Notes under the pieces: model-generated | Database searches by the model: none | Seen by the model: the letters and a program-made list of their open reading frames with translations, nothing else | Told to the model about the DNA's origin: nothing | Translations under genes and position numbers: made by a program | Origin: an uncultured bacterium | GTDB lineage: Bacteria; Patescibacteriota; Patescibacteriia; UBA9570; XYC2-FULL-38-9 | DNA length: 64,000 nt | Direction of reading: 5' to 3' | Assembly (NCBI GenBank): GCA_937996685.1 | Contig: CALKUP010000015.1 | Span: 7,900-71,899 of the forward strand | Shown here: positions 18,990 through 29,779 of the stretch, in pieces | Position numbering within the stretch: the stretch's first letter is position 1 | Layout of the letters: each line of letters opens with the position of its first letter

Positions 18990-21900
18990 TTATTGTTTTT
19001 TCAATGCACCGCTTGATTGCACAAGCCATGTATATGATTGCTTTTTCTTGCCTGAACCAAAAGTGGTTGTGAGTTGTTTTTTCTTTACAGAGAACCCAAT
19101 ATTGAGTTTTGTATTACTTTGAATTTTGACTGTTTGAGCAGTTTTTTTCTTTAACCCATTCCCTGTTGTGAGCTGATGCGCAAAGACTGTTGCCGTCGTC
19201 TTTTTTGGAGCGATTGTGACAAAGACTGAGTCAAAATTCTTGTGCACTTTTCTGACAGAAAGTGTGTATTGTCCTTTTTGTACTGTTGCGTTTCCAAGTT
19301 TCGCTCGCGCAACCCGACGACTATTTGCAAACACGCGAATTTCTTTTCCGTTTGTCGCAACGATCCGTTTTTTATTACTTGATAACGTATAGAGAAAGTT
19401 TGCAGACGTTCCAAATGGTTGAATTGTCGCTGTTGTCGCATCACGATATGTCACAAGTAACTGGTTGTTGATTTTTTGTACAGTCGTAATGACTCCATCA
19501 TTTGTTGTTGTGACAGGTGGCGTTGTCGGAGTTTCTGTTGTCGTTCCTGGATCAGTAGCCGGCTCATCAACTGGACAACCCGTCGTCGTAAAGATCCCAG
19601 CATCTGATGTCGAGCGATTACCAGAAGTATCGGCGGATGACGCAGTATATTGATACGTTGTACATGCCGTGAGACCAGACAGCAATACAGCATGGCTGGT
19701 CACACGTGGCGCAAAGTCTACTTCTGCAGTTGTTGTCGTTGACCCGCCAACCGGACCATATGACACGCGACTTGATGACGCTTCATTCGTTGTCCATGTG
19801 ATAGTAGCTCCTGTTGTCGCTGGCGTTGCGCTCAACGCTGTAATAGCTGGGGGCGTACTATCATCCATGCCCCCAATAGACCACAGCTCTCGCCCATAGG
19901 CCTGGGATTGCGCAGTAAATACTGCTCCACCCCCAAAACCAAGTACCGTCGATGGATCGCTGCCCAATAGGCCTGGATTAATATCAGACAGCATGTATGT
20001 CCCGTTTGATGTTCCGTCTGAACGCCACAACTCTAGACCATGTGCTCCATCGTGTACTTGAAAATATAATATCCCATTGACTGCACTAAAATCACCCCAA
20101 CTCGAATTATTCGCACTTGTCACTTCTTTTACTTGAACTGTTCCTTCAGTTGTACCATCCGTTTTCCATAATTGGGGAAACCCAGATCCGTTATCGGCGG
20201 TAAAAAAGAGTGAACCGCCAACGATGGTTAAATTCCCTGGATAGCTATCACCTCCTGTGTTTTCATTGATATCTTTTACCAGCGCTGTTCCTTCTTCTGT
20301 TCCATTTGATTTCCAGAGCTCCGTGCCACCTTCATTACTATTGTATGCAGAAAAATACATCCAATCATTCAGCACAACCATACTGCTCGGCAAGGCACTG
20401 CAATCAGGACAGAGATCAACTGCGAGTACTGTTCCTTCAGTTGTGCCATCAGTCTTCCATAACTCATACTCATGAGAATCATCACTAGCAGTAAAATACA
20501 ACGTACCGTGATACTCAACAAATCCAAATGGACCACTGCCTGTACTGCCTGGGAATATATCTTTCACGAGCGTTGTTCCTTCTTCTGTTCCATTAGATTT
20601 CCACAATTCAAAACCATGAGCGCTGTCATATGCAGAAAAATATAACTCACTATTGTATGTAAATCCACCCTGGATATAGGACATTCCCTCTTCATTTACA
20701 TCTTTTACGAGCGCTGTTCCTTCGGTTGTACCGTCCGTCTTCCATAACTCGTAACTATGCGTTCCATCATCAGCGGTAAAATACAGAGCATTACCAACTA
20801 TCTTAAAATTATATGGATATGAATTATCAACTCCTGTAAAAATATCTTTTACCATTACTGTTCCTTCTTCAGTTCCATCAGTCTTCCATAGTTCGTAGCC
20901 ATGCGTTCCGTCATCAGCGGTGAAATATGTAACACCATCGAGGTAGATAAAACCGTATGGATAACTACTACCACTTGGACGAATATCTTTTAATAATTGC
21001 GTACCCTCTGCTGTGCCGTCTGATACATACACCTCTGCGCCAGTGGACGGATGTGACGCAACACCAATTAAGCGACTCCCTGCAACAATAAAATCTGCCA
21101 CACTTCCACCAGTTCCGCTGCTGTCATTTACTTCAGCGACCATGGAAAAATTATTTTCAGTGGTGCTAAATTTCCACAAACGTTGACCGCTGTCGCCATT
21201 GTCTCCGGCAAATAACAGATTCGTCCCATTTATCGTAAACCACTCTATGCCATCACCTGTTGGGTTCAGATCCTCAACCATCAATGTTCCTTCTTCAGTT
21301 CCATCAGTCTTCCATAGTTCATAGCCATGCGTTCCGTCATCAGCGGTGAAAAAGACCTGACCGTCTACAATAGTAAACATTCGTATATCCAGACTACGAT
21401 CACCTTCGTTAATATCTTTCACCAACGTTGTTCCTTCAGTTGTGCCGTCGGTCTTCCATAACTCGTAGCCATGCGTTCCGTCATTTGCAGCAAAAAATAA
21501 TGTTGAGCCAGTGCCAAAAAACATTCCCGGACTAGCATTTGCGCTGCCAGGATTAATATCTTTCACCACATAGGTTCCTTCATCAGTTCCATCAGTACGC
21601 CAGAGCTCAGAACCATTTGTACTATTTGTGAGCTGGTAATAACCAATGCCATTAAAACTATACACATCACCAATGGTAACTCCAGAGCCGATTGGTTCAA
21701 TGTTCTTAATCAAATATGTGCCACGAGCAGTTCCGTTTGTTCTCCATAACTCCCAACCATTTACACCATCATCAGCTGCAAACACCACTGTTCCATCCCC
21801 TATCTGAGTAAAGAAACAAGCATATGAACCATATGATCCCGCATTCACATCTTTCACCATACGTGTTCCGTTTGGCGTTCCATCAGTTTTCCATAACTCA

Positions 21901-24900
21901 CTGCCATTGATGCCGTCATCCGCCGTGAAATACATCACTGAATCAAACACCGTTTGCCTATCAATCCTTGCTTGGTCTTCAGGGTGAATATCTTTAATCA
22001 TTTCTGTTCCGTTTGGCGTTCCGTCAGATGCCCACATTTCTCGACCATGCACTCCGTCATCTGCTGAGAATACAATCCGACCATTCACAACATACAAAGA
22101 TTGAATTGACTCTGAATACGGACTGATTTGTTTTATAAATTCTGTCCCAGCATCTGTCCCGTCTGATTTCCATATTTCTGATGAGTCACTAAAGAACACA
22201 GAAAAATATGCGGTAGACCCAATAACCTCAATATCATTGATATACCCCTCTTCACCCGAAAATGAGCGCAAGAGAGTCGTTCCACCTGTTGTACCGTCTG
22301 TTTTCCAAAGCTCACTGTCGTCTTTTGCTTTAAAATAGGTCACGCCGTCACCAGTTGCAATGTCACCTATGTCTGCATCAGCAGGGCCATCATCAATGTC
22401 TTTTATCAACTCTGGCGTTTCTGAAGCACCTGCACTTGGACAACCATTCGTCAAAAAATATTTTGAATTACTTTGCGCTGAGTTCTCTGCAGTATCAACT
22501 GACTGCACGGTGTATCCATAATGCGTACACGGCAGCAATTCAGTCAGTACAACTGAATGACTTGTCACTCTCGGGTCTATGTCAATTTGACTTGTTGTTA
22601 TTGGCGCTTGATTTGTTGCGTGATACGACACCTCACTCGAGCTCGCCTCATTGGTATTCCATGTAATTGTTACACTTTCATCTGTAATACTTACCTCTTG
22701 CTGATAAATACTTGGGCCCGTTGTATCCGTAATACTCCCTAATACCCACGGCTCCCAATTATATTCTGGTGTATATGCTGAAAAAAATACACGGCCTTCA
22801 AAAGATGTGAAAAAAGCCGGATAACTAGAATCTACACCAGGATTCAAATCTGCAAGCTCTTGCGTTCCGCCTTCAGTCCCATCCGATACCCATGGTTCAG
22901 TTCCGTGATCGGTTGTATTCACACTAAAATACAACAAACCGTTTATTGCTGTAAGGTTTGAAAATGCATAACTCGAAACATCCGTAATGTCTTTTACTTT
23001 ATGTGTCCCACCCTCGGTTCCATCAGACGCATAGAGCTGTCGAGATCCTGTCCCGTCATCGGCAATGAAAAATAACGTATCACCAACGACTATCATCTGC
23101 TCAGGACTTGCATACGCGGTACCTGGCGCAATATCTTTCACCATGTACGTTCCACTTTCAGTCCCATCTGAACGCCAGAGCTCGACTCCAGTGTCGGTAT
23201 CTGGAGAATATATTTCAAAATATGCAATACCATTCATTGCCACAATATATGATGGCTGACCTGAACATCCACTAGAACACGCATCTTTTACCATGTATGT
23301 TCCGCCTTCAGTCCCATCTGAACGCCAGAGCTCCATGCCATGTACGCCATCATTTGTATTAAACAATACAGTTGAATCATCAATCGCCGTTAAATCATAT
23401 GGATCTCCATTGCCCGAAGGATTTGTATCTTTGACCATGTATGTTCCTTCCTCGGTTCCGTCAGAACTCCAGAGCTCTGTTCCGTTGGTGTCATCTGTTG
23501 CAACAAAAAATGCCGTATCACCAGCGTTAATGATATACGTTGGATCACTAGAGCCTGACAACCGAATATCCTTCACCAGCATTGTTCCGCTTTCAGTCCC
23601 ATCTGAACGCCAAAGTTCTTTTCCGTTTACCCCATCAGTTGCAGCAAAAAACAACATGCCATTGACGACAGTAAATGATTCAATGTCACTAGAGTCAACT
23701 CCAGTGTTAATGTCTTTTAACAAGAACGTCCCTTCAGGAGTTCCATTTGATTGCCAAAGCTCTGTTCCATGATCAGCGTCAGTGGCTGTAAAATATGTCA
23801 CACCATCGAGATAGGTAAAATGATCTGGAGCGCCGTCATTTCCAAGGTATATATCTTTCACCAGCGTTGTTCCGCTTGGCGTCCCATCAGAAATATAGAG
23901 TTCATTTCCAGTCACCGGTGACGTTGCTGAGCCAATCATAAAACTGCCCGCAGCAATAAATTGAGAACCACCATCCATTGTTGCAGTGCCACGATACAAA
24001 GACTTCACTTTCACTGTCCCTCCTTCTGTTCCGTCTGACTTCCAAAGACCTGTTCCATCGGGTCCTGTTGTACCTGCAAAAAACACGTTGGTTCCCGTTG
24101 AGCTAAATTGACCACCATATTGAAACACAACGCCGTTCGAGTACGGACTCACATCACGAATCAATGTCGTCCCTCCTTCTGTACCGTCGGTTTTCCATAG
24201 CTCATGTCCATATACCGGATCAATAGCACTAAAGACAACATCTGAACCGACCATTTGAAAATTCGATGGGTATGCATTTGAATTGCCTGGGAAAATATCT
24301 TTGACCAAAACAGTACCCCCTTCTGTTCCATTTGATTTCCAGAGCTCGCTACCATGAACGCCGTCGTCAGCAACAAAGAATACAGAATCATTATATATAA
24401 AGAAATCAAACATATTTGAACCTTCAGTACCTGGGAAAATATCTTTGACTAATACAGTACCTTCCTCAGTTCCGTCTGATTTCCATAATTCAGCACCATT
24501 TGTACCATCATTTAATGAAAAATACGCCACTCCATTATGGGCAATACTGTAATACACGGCAGAGCTTGCGCTCCCAGGGGCAATATCAGACACCAGCGTC
24601 GTCACGTCAGTATCCTTTACTGTTTTCCATATTTCAGATCCGTAATCCGGCGTGGTAGCGCTATAGAGAATCGAATCACCAATGTCAACTAAATAACCTG
24701 GATACGCCCCCCCGATGCCTGCGTATAGAGGAGCCACCATATACGTCCCTATTTCTGTTCCATCTGATTTCCAGAGCTCGCTACCATCAAATCCGTTACT
24801 TGCGGCAAAATACAACCCTGAACTCGTTGCAAGCATAGAGCTAATCCCAGAATCATCTGTTGAGAGATTAATCTCAGCAACCATCACCGTTCCACCTTCT

Positions 24901-25397
24901 GTTCCGTCTGATTTCCAGAGCTCTCGACCATGTGTATCATCTTCGGCTGTAAAAAACAGCGTCCCAGAAACATCGATCAAATCACGCGGATAACTTCCAC
25001 CACTTGTATTAATATCTTTTACTTTTACTGTCCCTTCCTCTGTTCCATCTGATTTCCAGAGCTCTTGCCCGTCACTTGAATCATTAGAAACAAAAAACAA
25101 CGTCCCGTTCGACGCTGTTAGATAATCAATATTCGCAGAACCTCCCACATTCGGATTCGCGACTAATACCGTTCCACCTTCTGTCCCATCTGATTTCCAT
25201 AACGCATTCCCATTCACACCATCATTTGTTGTGAAATAGGTTGTTGTTCCAATAGTCGTGAGATTCAAAATATCATCTGCCTCTGGAGCAGTATTCATAT
25301 CTTTAAACAGCTCGGGCGTATCATACGCAAACGCAGCTGCTGTATGAAAAACGAAGACGCTTGCAAGTACTATAGAAAATATCAGGCGCTGTATCAT
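18990..25397 (-). CDS. giant ELWxxDGT-repeat surface protein with two FN3-like domains and basic C-terminal domain
   Basis: Dozens of ELWKSDGT/ELWKTDGT repeats in two blocks, each followed by an ITW.TNEASSS.VSY domain; signal peptide. Confidence 0.9.
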   Translation of the reverse strand: MIQRLIFSIVLASVFVFHTAAAFAYDTPELFKDMNTAPEADDILNLTTIGTTTYFTTNDGVNGNALWKSDGTEGGTVLVANPNVGGSANIDYLTASNGTLFFVSNDSSDGQELWKSDGTEEGTVKVKDINTSGGSYPRDLIDVSGTLFFTAEDDTHGRELWKSDGTEGGTVMVAEINLSTDDSGISSMLATSSGLYFAASNGFDGSELWKSDGTEIGTYMVAPLYAGIGGAYPGYLVDIGDSILYSATTPDYGSEIWKTVKDTDVTTLVSDIAPGSASSAVYYSIAHNGVAYFSLNDGTNGAELWKSDGTEEGTVLVKDIFPGTEGSNMFDFFIYNDSVFFVADDGVHGSELWKSNGTEGGTVLVKDIFPGNSNAYPSNFQMVGSDVVFSAIDPVYGHELWKTDGTEGGTTLIRDVSPYSNGVVFQYGGQFSSTGTNVFFAGTTGPDGTGLWKSDGTEGGTVKVKSLYRGTATMDGGSQFIAAGSFMIGSATSPVTGNELYISDGTPSGTTLVKDIYLGNDGAPDHFTYLDGVTYFTATDADHGTELWQSNGTPEGTFLLKDINTGVDSSDIESFTVVNGMLFFAATDGVNGKELWRSDGTESGTMLVKDIRLSGSSDPTYIINAGDTAFFVATDDTNGTELWSSDGTEEGTYMVKDTNPSGNGDPYDLTAIDDSTVLFNTNDGVHGMELWRSDGTEGGTYMVKDACSSGCSGQPSYIVAMNGIAYFEIYSPDTDTGVELWRSDGTESGTYMVKDIAPGTAYASPEQMIVVGDTLFFIADDGTGSRQLYASDGTEGGTHKVKDITDVSSYAFSNLTAINGLLYFSVNTTDHGTEPWVSDGTEGGTQELADLNPGVDSSYPAFFTSFEGRVFFSAYTPEYNWEPWVLGSITDTTGPSIYQQEVSITDESVTITWNTNEASSSEVSYHATNQAPITTSQIDIDPRVTSHSVVLTELLPCTHYGYTVQSVDTAENSAQSNSKYFLTNGCPSAGASETPELIKDIDDGPADADIGDIATGDGVTYFKAKDDSELWKTDGTTGGTTLLRSFSGEEGYINDIEVIGSTAYFSVFFSDSSEIWKSDGTDAGTEFIKQISPYSESIQSLYVVNGRIVFSADDGVHGREMWASDGTPNGTEMIKDIHPEDQARIDRQTVFDSVMYFTADDGINGSELWKTDGTPNGTRMVKDVNAGSYGSYACFFTQIGDGTVVFAADDGVNGWELWRTNGTARGTYLIKNIEPIGSGVTIGDVYSFNGIGYYQLTNSTNGSELWRTDGTDEGTYVVKDINPGSANASPGMFFGTGSTLFFAANDGTHGYELWKTDGTTEGTTLVKDINEGDRSLDIRMFTIVDGQVFFTADDGTHGYELWKTDGTEEGTLMVEDLNPTGDGIEWFTINGTNLLFAGDNGDSGQRLWKFSTTENNFSMVAEVNDSSGTGGSVADFIVAGSRLIGVASHPSTGAEVYVSDGTAEGTQLLKDIRPSGSSYPYGFIYLDGVTYFTADDGTHGYELWKTDGTEEGTVMVKDIFTGVDNSYPYNFKIVGNALYFTADDGTHSYELWKTDGTTEGTALVKDVNEEGMSYIQGGFTYNSELYFSAYDSAHGFELWKSNGTEEGTTLVKDIFPGSTGSGPFGFVEYHGTLYFTASDDSHEYELWKTDGTTEGTVLAVDLCPDCSALPSSMVVLNDWMYFSAYNSNEGGTELWKSNGTEEGTALVKDINENTGGDSYPGNLTIVGGSLFFTADNGSGFPQLWKTDGTTEGTVQVKEVTSANNSSWGDFSAVNGILYFQVHDGAHGLELWRSDGTSNGTYMLSDINPGLLGSDPSTVLGFGGGAVFTAQSQAYGRELWSIGGMDDSTPPAITALSATPATTGATITWTTNEASSSRVSYGPVGGSTTTTAEVDFAPRVTSHAVLLSGLTACTTYQYTASSADTSGNRSTSDAGIFTTTGCPVDEPATDPGTTTETPTTPPVTTTNDGVITTVQKINNQLLVTYRDATTATIQPFGTSANFLYTLSSNKKRIVATNGKEIRVFANSRRVARAKLGNATVQKGQYTLSVRKVHKNFDSVFVTIAPKKTTATVFAHQLTTGNGLKKKTAQTVKIQSNTKLNIGFSVKKKQLTTTFGSGKKKQSYTWLVQSSGALKKQ

Positions 25398-25522
25398 AAA
25401 AGAGGCAAATCAATTTTTATATGGGATTGCCTATCAGTATATCATGGAAGATGCTGTTTTTGGAATAAAAAACAGCAGCGATTCACTCACTGCTGTTTTG
25501 GACTACGGCAACCCCTATCTTC

Positions 25523-26089
25523 TTATTGAGCGCTTTGTGTTGTCGTTGTAGTCGCTGCATCACTGGTTCCACCCGCTATACCGCGTGGTCCGTGGTCACC
25601 GTCCGGCCCCATGCCTTTCCCATGACCGAGCTGCAGATATTCCATTGGAACATTATTGTCAGTTGCCCATTTTTGCAACTCTTCCATCTTCGTCTTCATT
25701 TCTGCCTGATGTTCTTCACGTGTTTTTGTGTCAGCTGTTCCTGGCTGCGGCCGATTCGCTTCCAGCTCTTTTTGTTTTGCGACAATTTTATCCATCTGCT
25801 CTTGTGTCAGCTTGCCGTCTTTTACTGCTTGATTCAACTGATCTGTAACAGCCTGCTGTCGCTGTGCATCCATTTCTGTTTTTTGCTCATCAAAGACTTT
25901 CTGGACATCGTCTTTATTGAGATTGAACTTCGTTGAAATTTTTGTAACCAGCGAATCCATTGGATTTGTCTGCTGCGTTTCAGCGGCATGCGTTGCTCCA
26001 GCTGCAAAAGCGGAGAGCCCGCCGGCAAGCACAAGCGCTGTTAAGACTGATGGAACGACGTTCTTTTTTGAAAATGTGATATTTTTCAT
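25523..26089 (-). CDS. secreted helical hypothetical protein
   Basis: Signal peptide; AVKDGKLTQEQ motif. Confidence 0.75.
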   Translation of the reverse strand: MKNITFSKKNVVPSVLTALVLAGGLSAFAAGATHAAETQQTNPMDSLVTKISTKFNLNKDDVQKVFDEQKTEMDAQRQQAVTDQLNQAVKDGKLTQEQMDKIVAKQKELEANRPQPGTADTKTREEHQAEMKTKMEELQKWATDNNVPMEYLQLGHGKGMGPDGDHGPRGIAGGTSDAATTTTTQSAQ

Positions 26090-26275
26090 ATGTATTATAT
26101 TGATGAATAAAGCACTCGCACACAACAGCGTTGCACTCCAAGTTTCCGATCGAAAAACCCAGGGCACGCGTTGAACACAATGGACTGTCGTGTAGGGAGC
26201 GAAGCCGCGACACTGTCGTGACCTATCCACAGCATACCAATACCTCAATGAACTGAAGGTGAAGAAATAGAGTCG

Positions 26276-27445
26276 TTACACTGTCAGTGTAATTGTTGTT
26301 CCGCTTTGTTTGTTTTCTGATACAATTTGCGAATCAATCACAACAGTCCCGTGATGCTTTTCAATAATGGATTGTGTAATCGCGAGCCCAAGCCCCGTTC
26401 CGCCAGTATGCCGTGCGCGTGAATCATCAACCCGATAAAATCGCTCTGTTACATGTGACAGTGCTCCCACTGGAATACCTGCGCCATCATCGTGAATACG
26501 CACCACCGCATTATCGTTATCTGACGATACGGTTACAGAAATAGTATGCGCACCATATTTAATCGCATTTTCAATACAATTCATAAAGGCGCGTTGCAAT
26601 AATGTCGCGCTGCCCTCGCGCATCACAGCCTCACTTGCAATATCAAGATGAATCACTTTCCCGTCACGCTCTGCAATCGGAGTCAGCTGATCAACCGCAC
26701 GCTGCACAACTTCAACGATATTTACCATATCGCGCGTCATCTGATCTTGAGGCAATGACAATAATAATAAATCCTCAATCAATCGATTCATAAACTGCGT
26801 TGATTGCAATGACTGATCAATCGCCTCTGACACAACTGGAACAGCCGTTGCGTCATCGCGCACTGATTCTAAATTTGTTTGCACAATTGTCAGCGGTGTC
26901 TTGAGTTCATGTGAAGCATTTTCAACAAACCGTTTCTGCGCTGCAAACGCTTCATGCAAACGGCGTAGCATGGCATTAAAATTTCCAACCAACTCACCAA
27001 GCTCATCATTCGTGTTCACGCCCGCAACATGAATGTCCAAGTTATCACTATCAACAATATGTGTTGCTTCTGTAATCTTACGAATCGGTTTCAATAACCG
27101 ACCAGTAATAATGTATCCACCACCAAATGACAAAAACATCACGACAAACAATATAATGATTGTTGCTTGCTGAACCTGCGCTTGATCCTCCTCACGAACC
27201 TGTTCAATTAACTGACGCACTTCCGCCGGAGCCGGCCCTTCCCCTTTCGTATCTGGGGGACGATTTTGCGATCGCTGAAATAACGCACGCGCTTCTGGGT
27301 CTTTTACTTGTTCAAACACCTCTTGCGGCGTCTTGCGAAATTGATATTCAGAATAGACTCGCACAGACCCAGTAAATACCAAAATTGCGAGCAACAAAAT
27401 ACATGAATACCACAAGGTTAATTGAAAGCGAATGGATAATGTCAT
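26276..27445 (-). CDS. sensor histidine kinase (HAMP, HisKA, HATPase)
   Basis: ASHELKTP, NAIKY, DDGAG, GTGLGL. Confidence 0.95.
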   Translation of the reverse strand: MTLSIRFQLTLWYSCILLLAILVFTGSVRVYSEYQFRKTPQEVFEQVKDPEARALFQRSQNRPPDTKGEGPAPAEVRQLIEQVREEDQAQVQQATIIILFVVMFLSFGGGYIITGRLLKPIRKITEATHIVDSDNLDIHVAGVNTNDELGELVGNFNAMLRRLHEAFAAQKRFVENASHELKTPLTIVQTNLESVRDDATAVPVVSEAIDQSLQSTQFMNRLIEDLLLLSLPQDQMTRDMVNIVEVVQRAVDQLTPIAERDGKVIHLDIASEAVMREGSATLLQRAFMNCIENAIKYGAHTISVTVSSDNDNAVVRIHDDGAGIPVGALSHVTERFYRVDDSRARHTGGTGLGLAITQSIIEKHHGTVVIDSQIVSENKQSGTTITLTV

Positions 27446-28107
27446 AATTGAATTGTATAGCCTTTTCCGCGAACGGTTGTAATCACACGTTTGTCTGGAT
27501 CAATTTTTTGTCGCAAGGTTTTCATATGGGTTTTAACAGTGTCTGTAAAAATATTTACTTCACGATCCCACACATGTTCCAATAATTCTTCCGTCGAGAC
27601 AATACGATTATTATTACGTAATAAATACTCTAAAATCGCCGTCTCTTTTGTTGTTAGCTCAACACTGTTCCCATTTTTGAGCATGACCTGATTTTTTTCT
27701 GGAAACAGCGTTGCTTCACCAAATTCTAATGCCTGCGATTGATTCGGACTGTGTCGCTTAATCAGCGAACGCACTCGCGCCACAAGCTCTTCAATATGAA
27801 ACGGCTTCACCATATAATCATCAGCGCCTGATTCAAATCCTTCCAACGTGTTTTCCAATTGCCCACGCGCTGTCAAAAACAGAATCGGTGTCGTGTTCCC
27901 ATCTGCTCGCAACATTCGTGCAATCTCTAAACCACTGATTTCCGGCAGGTTGATATCGAGAATCAAGCAATCATACGCATGAATCTGAGCAAGCGCGAGC
28001 CCGCTTTTCCCGTCCATTGCAACGTCCACAGCAAATTGCTCTTTTTCTAAAGAGCGCTTTAATGGGGTCACAATCCCTTGTTCATCTTCAACAAATAGTA
28101 ATCTCAT
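27442..28107 (-). CDS. OmpR-family response regulator
   Basis: VEDE, LDINLP, GADDYMVKPF, TVRGKGY. Confidence 0.95.
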   Translation of the reverse strand: MRLLFVEDEQGIVTPLKRSLEKEQFAVDVAMDGKSGLALAQIHAYDCLILDINLPEISGLEIARMLRADGNTTPILFLTARGQLENTLEGFESGADDYMVKPFHIEELVARVRSLIKRHSPNQSQALEFGEATLFPEKNQVMLKNGNSVELTTKETAILEYLLRNNNRIVSTEELLEHVWDREVNIFTDTVKTHMKTLRQKIDPDKRVITTVRGKGYTIQL

Positions 28108-28132
28108 ATACGCAGTATAATACATTCCTTGC

Positions 28133-28189
28133 GTGAAGTCTCGGTGAAGGATTATCAAGAGACCGCTCCCCACTTCACAATCATTTCAC
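28133..28189. promoter_or_regulatory. divergent TTCAC-n6-TTCAC direct repeats, putative response-regulator sites
   Basis: 28133..28148 (-) and 28174..28189 (+), each just upstream of a TATACT; third copy at 26248..26263 (-). Confidence 0.6.
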
Positions 28190-28251
28190 TTTTTGTGCTC
28201 TATACTAGCTCCAGATTACATAATCTTTAATACATTTTCATTACAGTACAT

Positions 28252-28671
28252 ATGAACAAACTATACCTATTTCTTTTCGGCGCGCTTGGCGTGATTGTGA
28301 TTGGCAGCGGCATTATTGCATTAACAGCGAATACAACTGCAGGCACTGCAACAAATACACAAGCCACATCTGCTACTACTGTTTCTACAACTACAGGAGC
28401 AGCAAACACAACAACCAACGGCGATAGTTACACCCTGGCTGACATTAGTACACACAGCACCAGCTCCGACTGCTGGATGGCAATTGAAGGAAACGTGTAT
28501 GACGTCACTTCCTATATCAGTCAACATCCTGGCCGAGACACAATTTTGGAAGGCTGCGGAATTGACGCGACAGATTTGTTTACTGGCAAAAGTCGCCTTG
28601 GCAAACTCCATTCCAGCGCCGCTCGAGCACTCTTAAAAAACATGCTTGTCGGCACACTACAAAGCTCATAA
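28252..28671 (+). CDS. membrane-anchored cytochrome b5-like heme-binding protein
   Basis: DCWMAIEGNVYDVT.YI..HPG, GIDAT, HS. Confidence 0.9.
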   Translation: MNKLYLFLFGALGVIVIGSGIIALTANTTAGTATNTQATSATTVSTTTGAANTTTNGDSYTLADISTHSTSSDCWMAIEGNVYDVTSYISQHPGRDTILEGCGIDATDLFTGKSRLGKLHSSAARALLKNMLVGTLQSS

Positions 28672-28765
28672 CACAACAGACAATACGCTGCACATACTGA
28701 CCCAGCACAGCCGCACCTGTCTGGGTCAGTATCTTTTTTTGACAGTTTTTTGTATACTGCCTGTC

Positions 28766-29302
28766 ATGAAACATACACGTAAACCCTCACACATTATCAT
28801 TGACCGCAAACGTAGCAGCAATGACGAACGCGTCATTCGCAGTTTCAAGGCAGACACCAATGCAAAACGCACGCTCTCTGAAAAAGTTGCTGACACACTG
28901 ACCAGTCGGTTTGGCAGCATGCTTTTCCTGAGTATTAATATCCTATGGTTCAGCGTCTGGATTGTAATCAATCTTGGCATCATCCCGGGAGTCCATGCTT
29001 TTGATCCATATCCATTCGGTTTTTTGACGATGGTCGTTTCACTCGAAGCAATTATTCTGGCAATTGTGGTGTTAGTTTCTCAAAACCGCGCCGCAACCAT
29101 TGCAGATGTTCGAGAAGAAGTCACATTGCAAATGGACATCATCATTGAACGTGAACTTACGAAGACGCTACAGCTCGTCACAAAAATTGCTGAAAAAAAC
29201 GGCATCGACTTATCACACGACCCAGAGCTCAAAACAATGCTCAAAGCAACTGACGTCTCAGAGATCGAAGAAATCCTCGAAGATGAAATCACTGTACAAT
29301 AA
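28766..29302 (+). CDS. DUF1003 family membrane protein
   Basis: FDPYPFGFL..VSLEAI..LVSQNR. Confidence 0.9.
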   Translation: MKHTRKPSHIIIDRKRSSNDERVIRSFKADTNAKRTLSEKVADTLTSRFGSMLFLSINILWFSVWIVINLGIIPGVHAFDPYPFGFLTMVVSLEAIILAIVVLVSQNRAATIADVREEVTLQMDIIIERELTKTLQLVTKIAEKNGIDLSHDPELKTMLKATDVSEIEEILEDEITVQ

Positions 29303-29350
29303 CGCTCTTTTCTGCTATAATACACTTACTTAATTCGTCAATATACAAAT

Positions 29351-29779
29351 ATGGAAACAAAATCATATCTTATGCACCCCGTTGCAATCGCAAACTACGT
29401 TGGTAGTATTTTATTTATTGTCGCTGGACTTCTCACTTGGATCGTTGTCCCAGAAGGCAGTTTAGCAAGTTATGCCAAAACAACTATTGAAAGTGCTGTT
29501 CAACCAAAACAAACCTTTGTTATGGTGATCGGCGTTCTGTTATTACTCCTCTCTGCATTTGCAGCTTGGAAAACTAAAAAGGCAGTATCTATTGTCAGCC
29601 TCCTCTTATTGATTGTTGTGCTCGTTCCAATGGCAACAGCGAACGTTTCTAGTAGTGCGGCTGCTGAAACTCTTGGTATCACCAAAATGGAAATGGGGTA
29701 TTATGTTGCATGGCTTGCGTGGGTCGTCTCATTCATTGCCTCTGTCGCAACCTTCTTCACCTACAAAAAACAAGCGTAA
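29351..29779 (+). CDS. hypothetical 4-TM membrane protein
   Basis: Hydrophobic ORF followed by terminator. Confidence 0.75.
   Translation: METKSYLMHPVAIANYVGSILFIVAGLLTWIVVPEGSLASYAKTTIESAVQPKQTFVMVIGVLLLLLSAFAAWKTKKAVSIVSLLLLIVVLVPMATANVSSSAAAETLGITKMEMGYYVAWLAWVVSFIASVATFFTYKKQA

Noticed and set aside
18990-25397. Periodic DNA repeats resembling a CRISPR array
   Set aside because: They are in-frame ELWxxDGT protein repeats with codon degeneracy; no cas genes
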